Source: Amoebidium appalachense
Taxonomy: Eukaryota; Protista; Ichthyosporea
Direction of reading: 5' to 3'
Length of the DNA stretch: 64,000 nt
NCBI GenBank assembly: GCA_963693365.1
Contig: CAVNZM010000003.1
Location: forward strand, 6,331,448-6,395,447
Of this stretch, positions 11,901-22,602 are shown piece after piece. The notes beneath the pieces were generated by a model, which was given only the letters and a program-made list of their open reading frames with translations, was not told where the DNA came from and did no database searches. Numbering within the stretch: the first letter of the stretch is position 1; each line of letters opens with the position of its first letter. The position numbers were made by a program, and so were the translations under genes.

Positions 11901-14265
11901 TTCCTCTAAGTCCAATCCATACATGATTTCCGACCAGTCGGAAATCAGATCTATCTCTAATAGAAACCAATCACTAAGAACCAATTGCTTTCAGAGAGAT
12001 CCGGTACGCGGAGACGTACACGATAGGACACAGACACTAGTTAAGGTCAACTCGGGTCATCATCAAGGAAGTTCTAACCTATGACATACTGCAAAGACTC
12101 AGACATATCACACTTAACCTTGATGATTGGTTAAAGCCCGGCAACACATGAAAACTAAAGTAAATTAATGAAGTCTAAACACACATGCTATTCTAAGTGT
12201 AGCCTAAGTGTGTTACCGTCCAATGAACACGTATTAAGTAACACAAATCTACCTAACATATATTAGTAGAAAAGAAATACGATTATACACATGAAGACAA
12301 GGAGAGAAAGAAAAGAAAATAAGGAAGGAGAAAGAGGAAGGAAAAGAGAGCACAGATCAACAAACAAGATAGTAATAGCATAACTATAACCAGAGATATT
12401 TATGTACACACGAACATGTACACGTCTCTCCCTGAGTGGGTGGATCCGTGTACACACATATAAATATTCTAATCGATATTACAACACACGATTAAAGCCG
12501 ATACAACACGATTACAAGTATACAAGCATATCGGAGATCGATGCTACACTTTACATAATAGGAGTGTGGCATTTACACTAAGCATATGAACTGAAACATA
12601 ACACAAACTGAGAAGATCTTACCATATGTAAATACTACGTATTACAACAATAACAAGGTCGTGTTTCACCATGTCCTTGATGCTGGTCATGGCACGGTGC
12701 CCCAGACGATGGTGCCAGATGGATGGGTTAACACTGGTAGTGGCAGTCAGAGCCACAGGACGAGTGGGTGGTTGAATGGTGTTGTCCTTGAAGTAATACA
12801 GACCGTTGTGTAGACGGAGGTTGACGAGATGACGGCCGGTGAGTCGGTCGAAGAGAAATGACGGAGTGGAGGCATCATTCAAATCACCCTTGATGTATTC
12901 GGCAGCAGCTTGGGATGTTGAAATTAGGAAGGCTTGACCAGACGGGGTGTAGTAGGCTTCAATGGTAAAGGTGGCAGTGCCATGGTCGGTGGTGGTGTTG
13001 ATGACGATACGGCCGGTGTGGGTGGCCAAGACGGGGGTTCCATTGAAGGCAGCAACGGGAGTCGGTGTCGGAAGGGGAGTGAGGTCATCATGGAAGAACT
13101 CACGGGTGGGGCAGACAGTCATGTTGCACCCGGAATCCCAGGCAGGGTCGGAGGACACGGGGACGGAGCTAGCATTGTATGCCGAGAAAGCAAAGGAGAC
13201 AGATTTCTCACTGCCTTGACGGAAACGGTTGTGTCTGGACATACTGCATTTCGGCTCGGGGCAATCGATGATCTTGTGATCAGGCTCGTTGCAGTAGGAG
13301 CATGCATTCACGGACGGGTTGTTAGAACGATCCGGGGAATCAGAACGACGGGAACCCGAGAAACGGGAACGACTGGGGGAACGAGACGTGGACCGGAAGG
13401 CAGGTCGGTGGGGGGAACGGGATCGAGTGTGCTGACGGGAGAGACGAGTTCGGAGGTCCGTGCCATGGGTACGGTCAAGTCGGTTGCGTAAGTCACGGCG
13501 AGGAAGATCACGGGGGGGAGCACTGGCATTTAATGCCATGCTGGACTTGGAGGCACGGTGGGCACGGTTGCTCCGGAGTTGCATCTTGAGGTCTTGACGT
13601 AGCTCGATGCCCTTGACGTGGTTGTGAAGGGACTCGAAGTCGGGGAATAGCTTATCACCGAAGTGATAGTCTTCGATAAGACGGTTGAACTCAGGGGTGA
13701 GGTCGTCTCTGGTGGTGAGTTCATTGAAGAACTTCTCAGCTAGACGAGTGAAGTGAATGGACTCATCTTGGAGGGACTGGAGCTGGTTCACGATGGTCTG
13801 CAGACGACTCAGGTAGGTGGTGAATGATTCACCGGGCTGAAGGGCACAGGCATCCCACTGACGGTGAAGGATGCGGATCTGATCGGGTTTGCCTTGGAGG
13901 TAGTGTTGACGGAATTTCCACATGGCCCGTTCAGGGTCCATGCCAATACGGTACTGAGCAACGGTGGTGAGCACGGAAGGGTCGATGTTCTGAATCATAT
14001 GGAGCAGAAGGCAATTGCGGGCCTCCTTGAGTTCCGCGGTAGTGCCGTAGCCGTAGAAGGGGGGTTCACCGTCAACCGCGACGGTGGTAGGGGGGACGTA
14101 GTTGTCAGCAAGCACAACATCCACGAGTCGGACACCTTTAGTGCCGGTCATCATGCCGAGAAAAATGATTTCCCATTGAAAATAGGTGGTTTTGCTATCG
14201 GGACCAGTCTTCCCCTCACCTTTCCACATGGTTATTTTGTTTACGCCAGTTTTGGTTGGATCCAT
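8924..14265 (-). pseudogene. Copia copy 2 gag-pol with frameshifts near 9915 and 11155 and an LTR insertion at 11725-12649
   Basis: ORF pieces 8924-9904, 9888-11300, 11152-11724 and 12650-14265 align to the copy 1 protein. Confidence 0.92.
11725..12649 (-). repeat. Solo copia LTR with 5-bp target-site duplication ATAAC
   Basis: ATAAC at 11720-11724 and 12650-12654; the empty site gagaccaataacaaggtc is seen in copy 1 at about 3977-3994. Confidence 0.93.
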
Positions 14266-14327
14266 GATTGAAAAACGATCGCTAGTTCTAGATGTGTGTA
14301 GGGAGCGTGCAAAAGGGCTGCATAACC

Positions 14328-15252
14328 TGTAAAATTATATAAGTATTTGGGATGAAAGCAGAGACACAGTGGTGCAGTGTGAAAACACCACAGACACACA
14401 CAACAACAAAACACGGAACGATCGGAGCAGTGTACACAACAGACATCAATGTTTAGACACGACTGAACTGAATTTATTCTGATCTTCGAATAAATACCTG
14501 AAATTCCTCTAAGTCCAATCCATACATGATTTCCGACCAGTGGGAAATCAGATCTATCTCTAATAGAAACCAATCACTAAGAACCAATTGCTTTCAGAGA
14601 GATCCGGTACGCGGAGACGTACACGATAGGACACAGACACTAGTTAAGGTCAACTCGTGTCATCATCAAGGAAGTTCTAACCTATGACATACTGCAAAGA
14701 CTCAGACATATCACACTTAACCTTGATGATTGGTTAAAGCCCGGCAACACATGAAAACTAAAGTAAATTAATGAAGTCTAAACACACATGCTATTCTAAG
14801 TGTAGCCTAAGTGTGTTACCGTCCAATGAACACGTATTAAGTAACACAAATCTACCTAACATATATTAGTAGAAAAGAAATACGATTATACACATGAAGA
14901 CAAGGAGAGAAAGAAAAGAAAATAAGGAAGGAGAAAGAGGAAGGAAAAGAGAGCACAGATCAACAAACAAGATAGTAATAGCATAACTATAACCAGAGAT
15001 ATTTATGTACACACGAACATGTACACGTCTCTCCCTGAGTGGGTGGATCCGTGTACACACATATAAATATTCTAATCGATATTACAACACACGATTAAAG
15101 CCGATACAACACGATTACAAGTATACAAGCATATCGGAGATCGATGCTACACTTTACATAATAGGAGTGTGGCATTTACACTAAGCATATGAACTGAAAC
15201 ATAACACAAACTGAGAAGATCTTACCATATGTAAATACTACGTATTACAACA
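14328..15252 (-). repeat. Copia copy 2 5' LTR
   Basis: 925 bp, only a few substitutions versus 5659-6583, adjacent to the same PBS. Confidence 0.93.
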
Positions 15253-15442
15253 ATAAGTTCTGGTCCGGGTTTCCGTCCTTACTATGTTTGAGGTTCGTTC
15301 TGTCGACTCTTTTTTTGCCACTCTAGAGGTGGGTACCGGCTCTTTGTCCTATGGCTGCTGTTGTTTCCGTTTTTCGTTTCTGTGTTGCCCCAGCCCAGCC
15401 TGTTGTGCTTGTGTGGTAGTTTTCTTTTTCTTTTTTCTTCTT

Positions 15443-16010
15443 TCTATGAAAACTACTCCGGGACGTGTGTTGCCTCTAGGGGGACATCCCCTTGGACGAA
15501 AGTGAACCTGCAATGGTTGTAAACCACGGCAAGCCCCCAGTCATCAATTTATTGATCCGTGAGGTCCTTGTGCCCAAAAAACGGGGGAAGTCTTCGCCCC
15601 GTGAAAAAACAGCACGTATGTGTGGATCAATGGGGGTTGAGTGTTGGGTGTAGGTGGGTGGGTGAAAAGAAAATATAGCTGTAAAGCTGTAGGTGCTCAA
15701 CACAGAAGATGTGTCTGTTGCTTGCTGATCTGCTAAAAACTGTCGTGCTTATATACCTAAGGCTACCGATCTGAGCCAATCAAAATCGATCTAGTGTTAT
15801 GTGAAATCTGAACCTGAGCCAATCAAACTCGGTCTAGTGATCTGTGGAATCTGATGTTTTAATCGGCTAATAGGTGCCTGTATGCGGGCAGCCGAACGCG
15901 AGCTGCTAAAACACGAAACGAAGCCTACATGGTTATGTTGATATCGGACACCCATCCTACGTGTTTACCCAGAAAAATATTTATGTCAATGAAACTCCAC
16001 AAATAAAACC
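15443..16010 (-). mobile_element. Ngaro solo repeat remnant (A plus linker plus B, no ORFs)
   Basis: B at 15443-15530, ~130-bp linker as in 16972-17102, A at 15663-16010 matching 19759-20106. Confidence 0.85.
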
Positions 16011-16883
16011 TTTTCTTCTTTATTTGTCATGATTCTTTTTGGTATTTTTTGTTTGCATAAGAGTAATGTTGATACGAGATGCGAGATAAAGTAGATAGTA
16101 GAGAATGGATGCCACCTGGGGTGGTATGTTAGTTGTGTTGTTAACTTGTGTGCTGTAGGATGCCACCTGGGGTGCCACACAGTGGTATATTAGTTGTGTT
16201 GTTTACTTGTGTGCTTGATGCCACTATCCAACCGAAGTTAATAAAGTGACCATACGGAACACGTATCATCAGCAATCTTGCCGAAACATCCGGAACCCAT
16301 AAAAGATACATTGAAGATATCCATATACTCAAACCCATCCTGAACATAACCCTACATCCAGTTCATGGGTTTAAGATATGTAAATATAAATGGATATTAA
16401 TCTTGGATATCTACGGCTAATATGTATATAGATATCTGTTAAAACCCTGATATCCATTGGATAACTACTGTTAGGGATCCACTAGATATCCACGGGAAAC
16501 GTGATATCCAGTGGATATCGAACACTAGATATGCAAATACACATGCACAACATATATAATGGATATGTGACGAAGGGACCCAGTGACAGGTAACCTGCCC
16601 AATATTATATCCAATGTGATATGCACTATATATATGTAACATGCTTAAAATGTGCACAAATGAGATCGAATGGATATACAGCTCAGGTTTCGAACCACAT
16701 CTGGATATCAGCTAGATATGGAAATACATGTGTAGATAGACATACAATTAGCATATAATACGTATCTATTATGGGACGATGAGACATCAGTCATGACATT
16801 CTATATGCGCATAACACATATTCAGAATTCATTAGCTGAATATGTATTCTATATTAGAAATGATATTGATTGTATACCACTTC
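16011..16883. repeat. 873-bp spacer duplicated at 20107-20979; has a ~55-bp tandem repeat and a GATATC-rich array
   Basis: Apparently identical sequence and identical ORF-track translations at a 4096-bp offset. Confidence 0.9.
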
Positions 16884-17575
16884 TCTATGAAAACTACTCC
16901 GGGACGTGTGTTGCCTCTAGGGGGACATCCCCTTGGACGAAAGTGAACCTGCAATGGTTGTAAACCACGGCAAGCCCCCAGTCATCAATTTATTGATCCG
17001 TGAGGTCCATGTGCCCAAAAAACGGGGGAAGTCTTCGCCCCGTGAAAAAACAGCACGTATGTGTGGATCAATGGGGGTTGTGTGTGGGTGTAGGTGGGTG
17101 GGTGAAAAGGAATATATAGCTGTAAGGCTGTGGATGCTAAACACAGAAGATGTGTTTGTAGCTTGCTGATCTGCTAAAAACTGTCGTGCTTACTAAGTAT
17201 ATACCTAAGCCTACCGATCTGAGCCAATCAAAAATCGATCTAGTGATATGTGAAATCTGATCCGAGCCAGTCATAACTCGGTCTAGTGATCTGTGGTATC
17301 TGATGTTTTGATTGGCTAATAGGTGCCCGTGTGCGGGCAGCCAACCGCTAACTGCTAAAACACGAAATGAAGCCTACATGGTTATGTTGGTATCGAACAC
17401 CCATCCTACGTGTTTACCCAGAAAAATATTTATGTCAATAATTTCCACAAATAAAACCTCTATGAAAACTACTCCGGGACGTGTGTTGCCTCTAGGGGGA
17501 TATCCCCTTGGACGAAAGTGAACCTGCAATGGTTGTAAACCACGGCACGAGAGCAGTATGCTTGCTCCAAAGGTT

Positions 17576-18608
17576 TCACTTAAGAATAGAGGCGAATACA
17601 CGTGTGGTAGTGGCAGCAATGGAGGCCGGGCGAAGTCGAGTATAGATCAGGAAACAGTCGGAGGACCATCTGCCGAGTTGTTTGATCCGGGAGTCGTCGA
17701 CTCCGGCCTCAGCCAGGGCTGTGGCCCCCCCTATTCGGAGGCTGTAGCCGGCAAACCGGGAGGGTGAGAAGCCTGCCCGGGAGAGGAGGGCACGGAAGTC
17801 GGCAGAGAAAGCACCCTTGGTGTAGGGAATGCCACCGAGACTGAACAGGGGGTCGTCGGGTTGACCGGACGTTGTATCCAGGAACTGCCGGAGGAGATGG
17901 GCTGGGGAGAAGTGGGTGAGGGGCAGGGCAGCTAGAGTGACGTTGAAACCTCGGGCCCGTACATCCGTCTTGGAGGTTGGCAGGTGGAGGGTGGCATGGG
18001 ACAAAGTACCAGTGGGGGTGTAGCTGAAGGTCACGTCCTTCCGTTTAACGTGACGGGACGGGTCGAAGGAAGTCAGGGTTTTGGAGGTAAATTCCCCCGA
18101 ACGGAGGAGACCACAGAAACCGACGATGAGGGCCGTCCATAGCCGTAGATTGGCCGAGGAGGCCTTGGTGGGGCACTGGCCATGGAGTAGGCTGAGGTGG
18201 GAGGGCAGGAGGGGCTCCCTGGTGGATGATCGGGGTCGGATGTTGTGAGAAAGCTGCCATCTGCCCACCCCTCGGAGGAACCAGGCCAGAGACTTGTCGT
18301 GGGGGTAGGGAGCAGGGAGGCCCATGTCGAGGTGGAGTCTGGTGATGGCCGAATTGTAGCCGGCCAAGGAAGAGGCCTGTACCACCTCGTTGGGCACACC
18401 AGGCGAGAAAGAGCTGCACGGTGTGGGGGGAGGCCGGGAGGGAGGACCCGGCGGAGGATTGCAGCCGAGATGCCACACAAAAATCGATGAACACTTTTTG
18501 CACCCGGGAGTAAAAGGCCCGAGAGTCGAGGTTGAGACTCAGGGCCTGGCATTCCTGCAGGGTAGTGGTGGCACGAAGCAGCTCGGCCGGAGCAAAGTGG
18601 GGGGCCAA
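17576..18608 (-). pseudogene. Tyrosine recombinase with a 1-bp frameshift near 18383 and catalytic His changed to Tyr
   Basis: LRSGEF, SKTD, GYSLRIGGAT (GHSLR in the other copy), LGRWSS, LIYTR. The N-terminus lies in another frame (ORF 18045-18608). Confidence 0.9.
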
Positions 18609-19166
18609 TCTGCCAGCGTTGCTCCGGAAGGGGAGATCCGAAAGGTGGAGGGGCCGCGATAGCCGATGTTGACACCGAATTCGACATCGTGGAGGAGCTG
18701 CGCGGCGAATGATTGGTCTGGGTAGGGGGCCAGCAGCTCCCGGAGGCGGGAGGTGTCAACGAGGTGCTGGGGCAGCGGGCGGGCCTCCGGGTCTGAGCCT
18801 CGGGGGAAGGGGGTGGTTAGCAAGGGTGGGGCACCCTCGGGGAGATCCCGGCATCGGGGGGGGGGGGGGGGGGGGGGGGGGGGGAGGGGGGGGGAGGGGG
18901 GGGGGGGGAGGGGGGGGGGGGGGGGGGGGGGGGCAGCAGGGCCCCGGGGGGGTTAGAGTAGGGCAGCTGGGCCCGAGGGAGGGTTTGCAGGGAGGGCAGC
19001 GGGGCCCTGTGCAGGGGATGCCCGAGCACGCGGGGGTGTGGGCAGACACAGAGTTAGAAGAAGGGGGAGGGAGTGCTAGGTGAGTGTAAGGGGGGGGAGG
19101 CTCGTGGGATGGGGGGGGAGTAAAATTATGTGCAGTGACCAGAATAACGTCTTTGTGTAGGGACAT
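18609..19166 (-). pseudogene. N-terminal remnant of the Ngaro RT ORF; catalytic RT and RNase H deleted
   Basis: LRELLAPYPDQSFAAQLLHDVEFGVNIGYRGP resembles the pre-RT segment of DIRS/Ngaro ORF2; no YxDD follows. Confidence 0.7.
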
Positions 19167-19318
19167 TTATTCTTGGCGCGTGCGGGCGCCGTAGTTGGCC
19201 TGCGAAAATTTTTACTCAGCCCGAGTGGCCCGTTTTTCCCGAGCTCCGTGTCCTTGTACCCGTGTATCCTAGCTCATAGCCCCTATGTTCTATCTGTGGG
19301 TGTGGGTGTGCGCGTAGA

Positions 19319-19728
19319 CTAGGCATTGTGCTTGCAGTCTTTGCGGGGGTGTGTGCCAGAGCAGAGCGGGCACATGTGGGAGAAGGGGCAGGGCTGCTTA
19401 GCGCAGGACCGACCGTTGATGTGGAAATTCCTGCAGTGTGTCGCGGGTAGATCCACGGGTCGGGCCGGTGGTGCCGGGCCGGGTTGCGGGCGGTGAGGGC
19501 GGCAAGGACGGCGTCCTGAGAAGTCATTGGCGGGGATGGCGGGGCCTGAGGCGGGACTTCAGGAGTAGAGGGGAGAGTAGCCGGAGGGTCCGTAGCGGTT
19601 AGGGCCTCCGGAGGCGCGTCAGTGCCCACGGGAGCGTTGGTCAGCCTGTGGCGGAGGTCGCTGCGGGTCAGGCGCTTAGGTGCCGCGGCAGGGGCGGTGG
19701 CTGAGGCCTGGAGCTTTTTCGGCGGCAT
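19319..19728 (-). pseudogene. Ngaro ORF1 (gag-like), internally deleted
   Basis: Starts MPPKKLQ at 19728. After a frame change near 19490 it reads CRNFHINGRSCAKQPCPFSHMCPLCSGTHPRKDC then KHNA and stop, a CCCH plus CCHC finger. Confidence 0.8.
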
Positions 19729-20979
19729 GCTGACCGGCGTAGGGAAAGATAGGGAGAATGAAAAGAAAATATAGCTGTAAAGCTGTAGGTGCTCAACACA
19801 GAAGATGTGTCTGTTGCTTGCTGATCTGCTAAAAACTGTCGTGCTTATATACCTAAGGCTACCGATCTGAGCCAATCAAAATCGATCTAGTGTTATGTGA
19901 AATCTGAACCTGAGCCAATCAAACTCGGTCTAGTGATCTGTGGAATCTGATGTTTTAATCGGCTAATAGGTGCCTGTATGCGGGCAGCCGAACGCGAGCT
20001 GCTAAAACACGAAACGAAGCCTACATGGTTATGTTGATATCGGACACCCATCCTACGTGTTTACCCAGAAAAATATTTATGTCAATGAAACTCCACAAAT
20101 AAAACCTTTTCTTCTTTATTTGTCATGATTCTTTTTGGTATTTTTTGTTTGCATAAGAGTAATGTTGATACGAGATGCGAGATAAAGTAGATAGTAGAGA
20201 ATGGATGCCACCTGGGGTGGTATGTTAGTTGTGTTGTTAACTTGTGTGCTGTAGGATGCCACCTGGGGTGCCACACAGTGGTATATTAGTTGTGTTGTTT
20301 ACTTGTGTGCTTGATGCCACTATCCAACCGAAGTTAATAAAGTGACCATACGGAACACGTATCATCAGCAATCTTGCCGAAACATCCGGAACCCATAAAA
20401 GATACATTGAAGATATCCATATACTCAAACCCATCCTGAACATAACCCTACATCCAGTTCATGGGTTTAAGATATGTAAATATAAATGGATATTAATCTT
20501 GGATATCTACGGCTAATATGTATATAGATATCTGTTAAAACCCTGATATCCATTGGATAACTACTGTTAGGGATCCACTAGATATCCACGGGAAACGTGA
20601 TATCCAGTGGATATCGAACACTAGATATGCAAATACACATGCACAACATATATAATGGATATGTGACGAAGGGACCCAGTGACAGGTAACCTGCCCAATA
20701 TTATATCCAATGTGATATGCACTATATATATGTAACATGCTTAAAATGTGCACAAATGAGATCGAATGGATATACAGCTCAGGTTTCGAACCACATCTGG
20801 ATATCAGCTAGATATGGAAATACATGTGTAGATAGACATACAATTAGCATATAATACGTATCTATTATGGGACGATGAGACATCAGTCATGACATTCTAT
20901 ATGCGCATAACACATATTCAGAATTCATTAGCTGAATATGTATTCTATATTAGAAATGATATTGATTGTATACCACTTC

Positions 20980-22503
20980 TCTATGAAAACTACTCCGGGA
21001 CGTGTGTTGCCTCTAGGGGGACATCCCCTTGGACGAAAGTGAACCTGCAATGGTTGTAAACCACGGCAAGCCCCCAGTCATCAATTTATTGATCCGTGAG
21101 GTCCATGTGCCCAAAAAACGGGGGAAGTCTTCGCCCCGTGAAAAAACAGCACGTATGTGTGGATCAATGGGGGTTGTGTGTGGGTGTAGGTGGGTGGGTG
21201 AAAAGGAATATATAGCTGTAAGGCTGTGGATGCTAAACACAGAAGATGTGTTTGTAGCTTGCTGATCTGCTAAAAACTGTCGTGCTTACTAAGTATATAC
21301 CTAAGCCTACCGATCTGAGCCAATCAAAAATCGATCTAGTGATATGTGAAATCTGATCCGAGCCAGTCATAACTCGGTCTAGTGATCTGTGGTATCTGAT
21401 GTTTTGATTGGCTAATAGGTGCCCGTGTGCGGGCAGCCAACCGCTAACTGCTAAAACACGAAATGAAGCCTACATGGTTATGTTGGTATCGAACACCCAT
21501 CCTACGTGTTTACCCAGAAAAATATTTATGTCAATAATTTCCACAAATAAAACCTCTATGAAAACTACTCCGGGACGTGTGTTGCCTCTAGGGGGATATC
21601 CCCTTGGACGAAAGTGAACCTGCAATGGTTGTAAACCACGGCACGAGAGCAGTATGCTTGCTCCAAAGGTTTCACTTAAGAATAGAGGCGAATACACGTG
21701 TGGTGGTGGCAGCAATGGAGGCCGGACGAAGTCGGGTATAGATCAGGAAGCAGTCGGAGGACCACCTGCCGAGTTGTTTGATCCGGGAGTCGTCGACCCC
21801 GGCCTCAGCCAGTGCTGTGGCCCCCCCGATGCGGAGGCTGTGTCCGGCAAACCGGGAGGGTGAGAGGCCTGCCCGGGAGAGGAGGGCACGGAAATCGGCA
21901 GAGAAAGCACTCTTGGTGTAGGGGATGCCACCGAGACTGAAGAGGGGGTCGTCGGGTTGACCGGACGTTGTATCCAGGAACTGCCGGAGGAGATGGGCTG
22001 GGGAGAAGTGGGTGAGGGGCAGGGCAGCTAGGGTGACGTTGACACCTCGGGCCTGTACATCCGTCTTAGAGGTTGGCAGGTGGAGGGTGGCATGGGACAA
22101 AGTACCGGTGGGGGTGTAGCTGAAGGTCACGTCCTTCCGTTTAACGTGACGGGACGGGTCGAAAGGAGTCAGGGTCTTGGAGGTAAATTCCCCTGAACGG
22201 AGGAGACCACAGAAACCGACGATGAGGGCCGTCCATAGCCGGAGATTGGCCGAGGAGGCCTTGGTGGGGCACTGGCCATGGAGTAGGCGGAGGTGGGAGG
22301 GGAGGAGGGGTTCCCTGGTGGATGAGCGGGGTCGGATGTTGTGAGAAAGCTGCCATCGGCCCACCCCCCGTAGGAACCAGGCCAGAGACTTGTCGTGGGG
22401 GTAGGGAGCAGGGAGGCCCATGTCGAGGTGGAGCCTGGTGATGGCCGAATTGTAGCCGGTTAAGGAAGAGGCCTGTACCCCTCGTTGGGCACACCAGGCG
22501 AGA
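20980..22503 (-). mobile_element. 5'-truncated Ngaro copy (YR-B1-A2-B2)
   Basis: Same repeats at +4096; similarity to the other copy ends abruptly after caccaggcgaga at 22503. Confidence 0.9.
21672..22503 (-). pseudogene. Tyrosine recombinase, catalytic domain intact, N-terminus missing
   Basis: R (LRSGEF), K (SKTD), HxxR (GHSLRIGG), W (GRWSS) and Y (LIYTR) are all present. Confidence 0.9.
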
Positions 22504-22569
22504 TTTTTTTGACTTTGTTGAAAATAAGTCTGCTAACAATCTATCGCACACACGCACACGCACACGCAC

Positions 22570-22602
<33 letters not shown>

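Larger units (their letters stand above)
8253..15252 (-). mobile_element. Ty1/copia copy 2: partial 3' LTR, PPT, disrupted gag-pol, nested solo LTR and 5' LTR
   Basis: Collinear with copy 1; 3' LTR remnant 8253-8493, PPT (tccccacttaa) 8494-8504, 5' LTR 14328-15252. Confidence 0.95.
16884..20106 (-). mobile_element. Ngaro-type YR retrotransposon, non-autonomous (A1-gag-RT remnant-YR-B1-A2-B2)
   Basis: A1 19759-20106, B1 17459-17546, A2 17103-17458, B2 16884-16971. This split direct repeat order is typical of Ngaro/PAT elements. Confidence 0.9.

Noticed and set aside
11152-11970. 272-aa ORF joining LTR sequence to integrase
   Set aside because: Chance read-through across the solo-LTR junction from a non-ATG start, ending at a frameshift.
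16107-16225. CRISPR-like repeat (ggatgccacctggggtg)
   Set aside because: Only 2-3 units, the intervening sequence is also repeated, there are no cas genes, and the context is eukaryotic.
15663-21704. Duplication offset of exactly 4096 bp as a computational artefact
   Set aside because: The YR genes at that offset differ at many mostly synonymous sites and the boundaries follow element structure, so the number is probably coincidence; read support is still worth checking.
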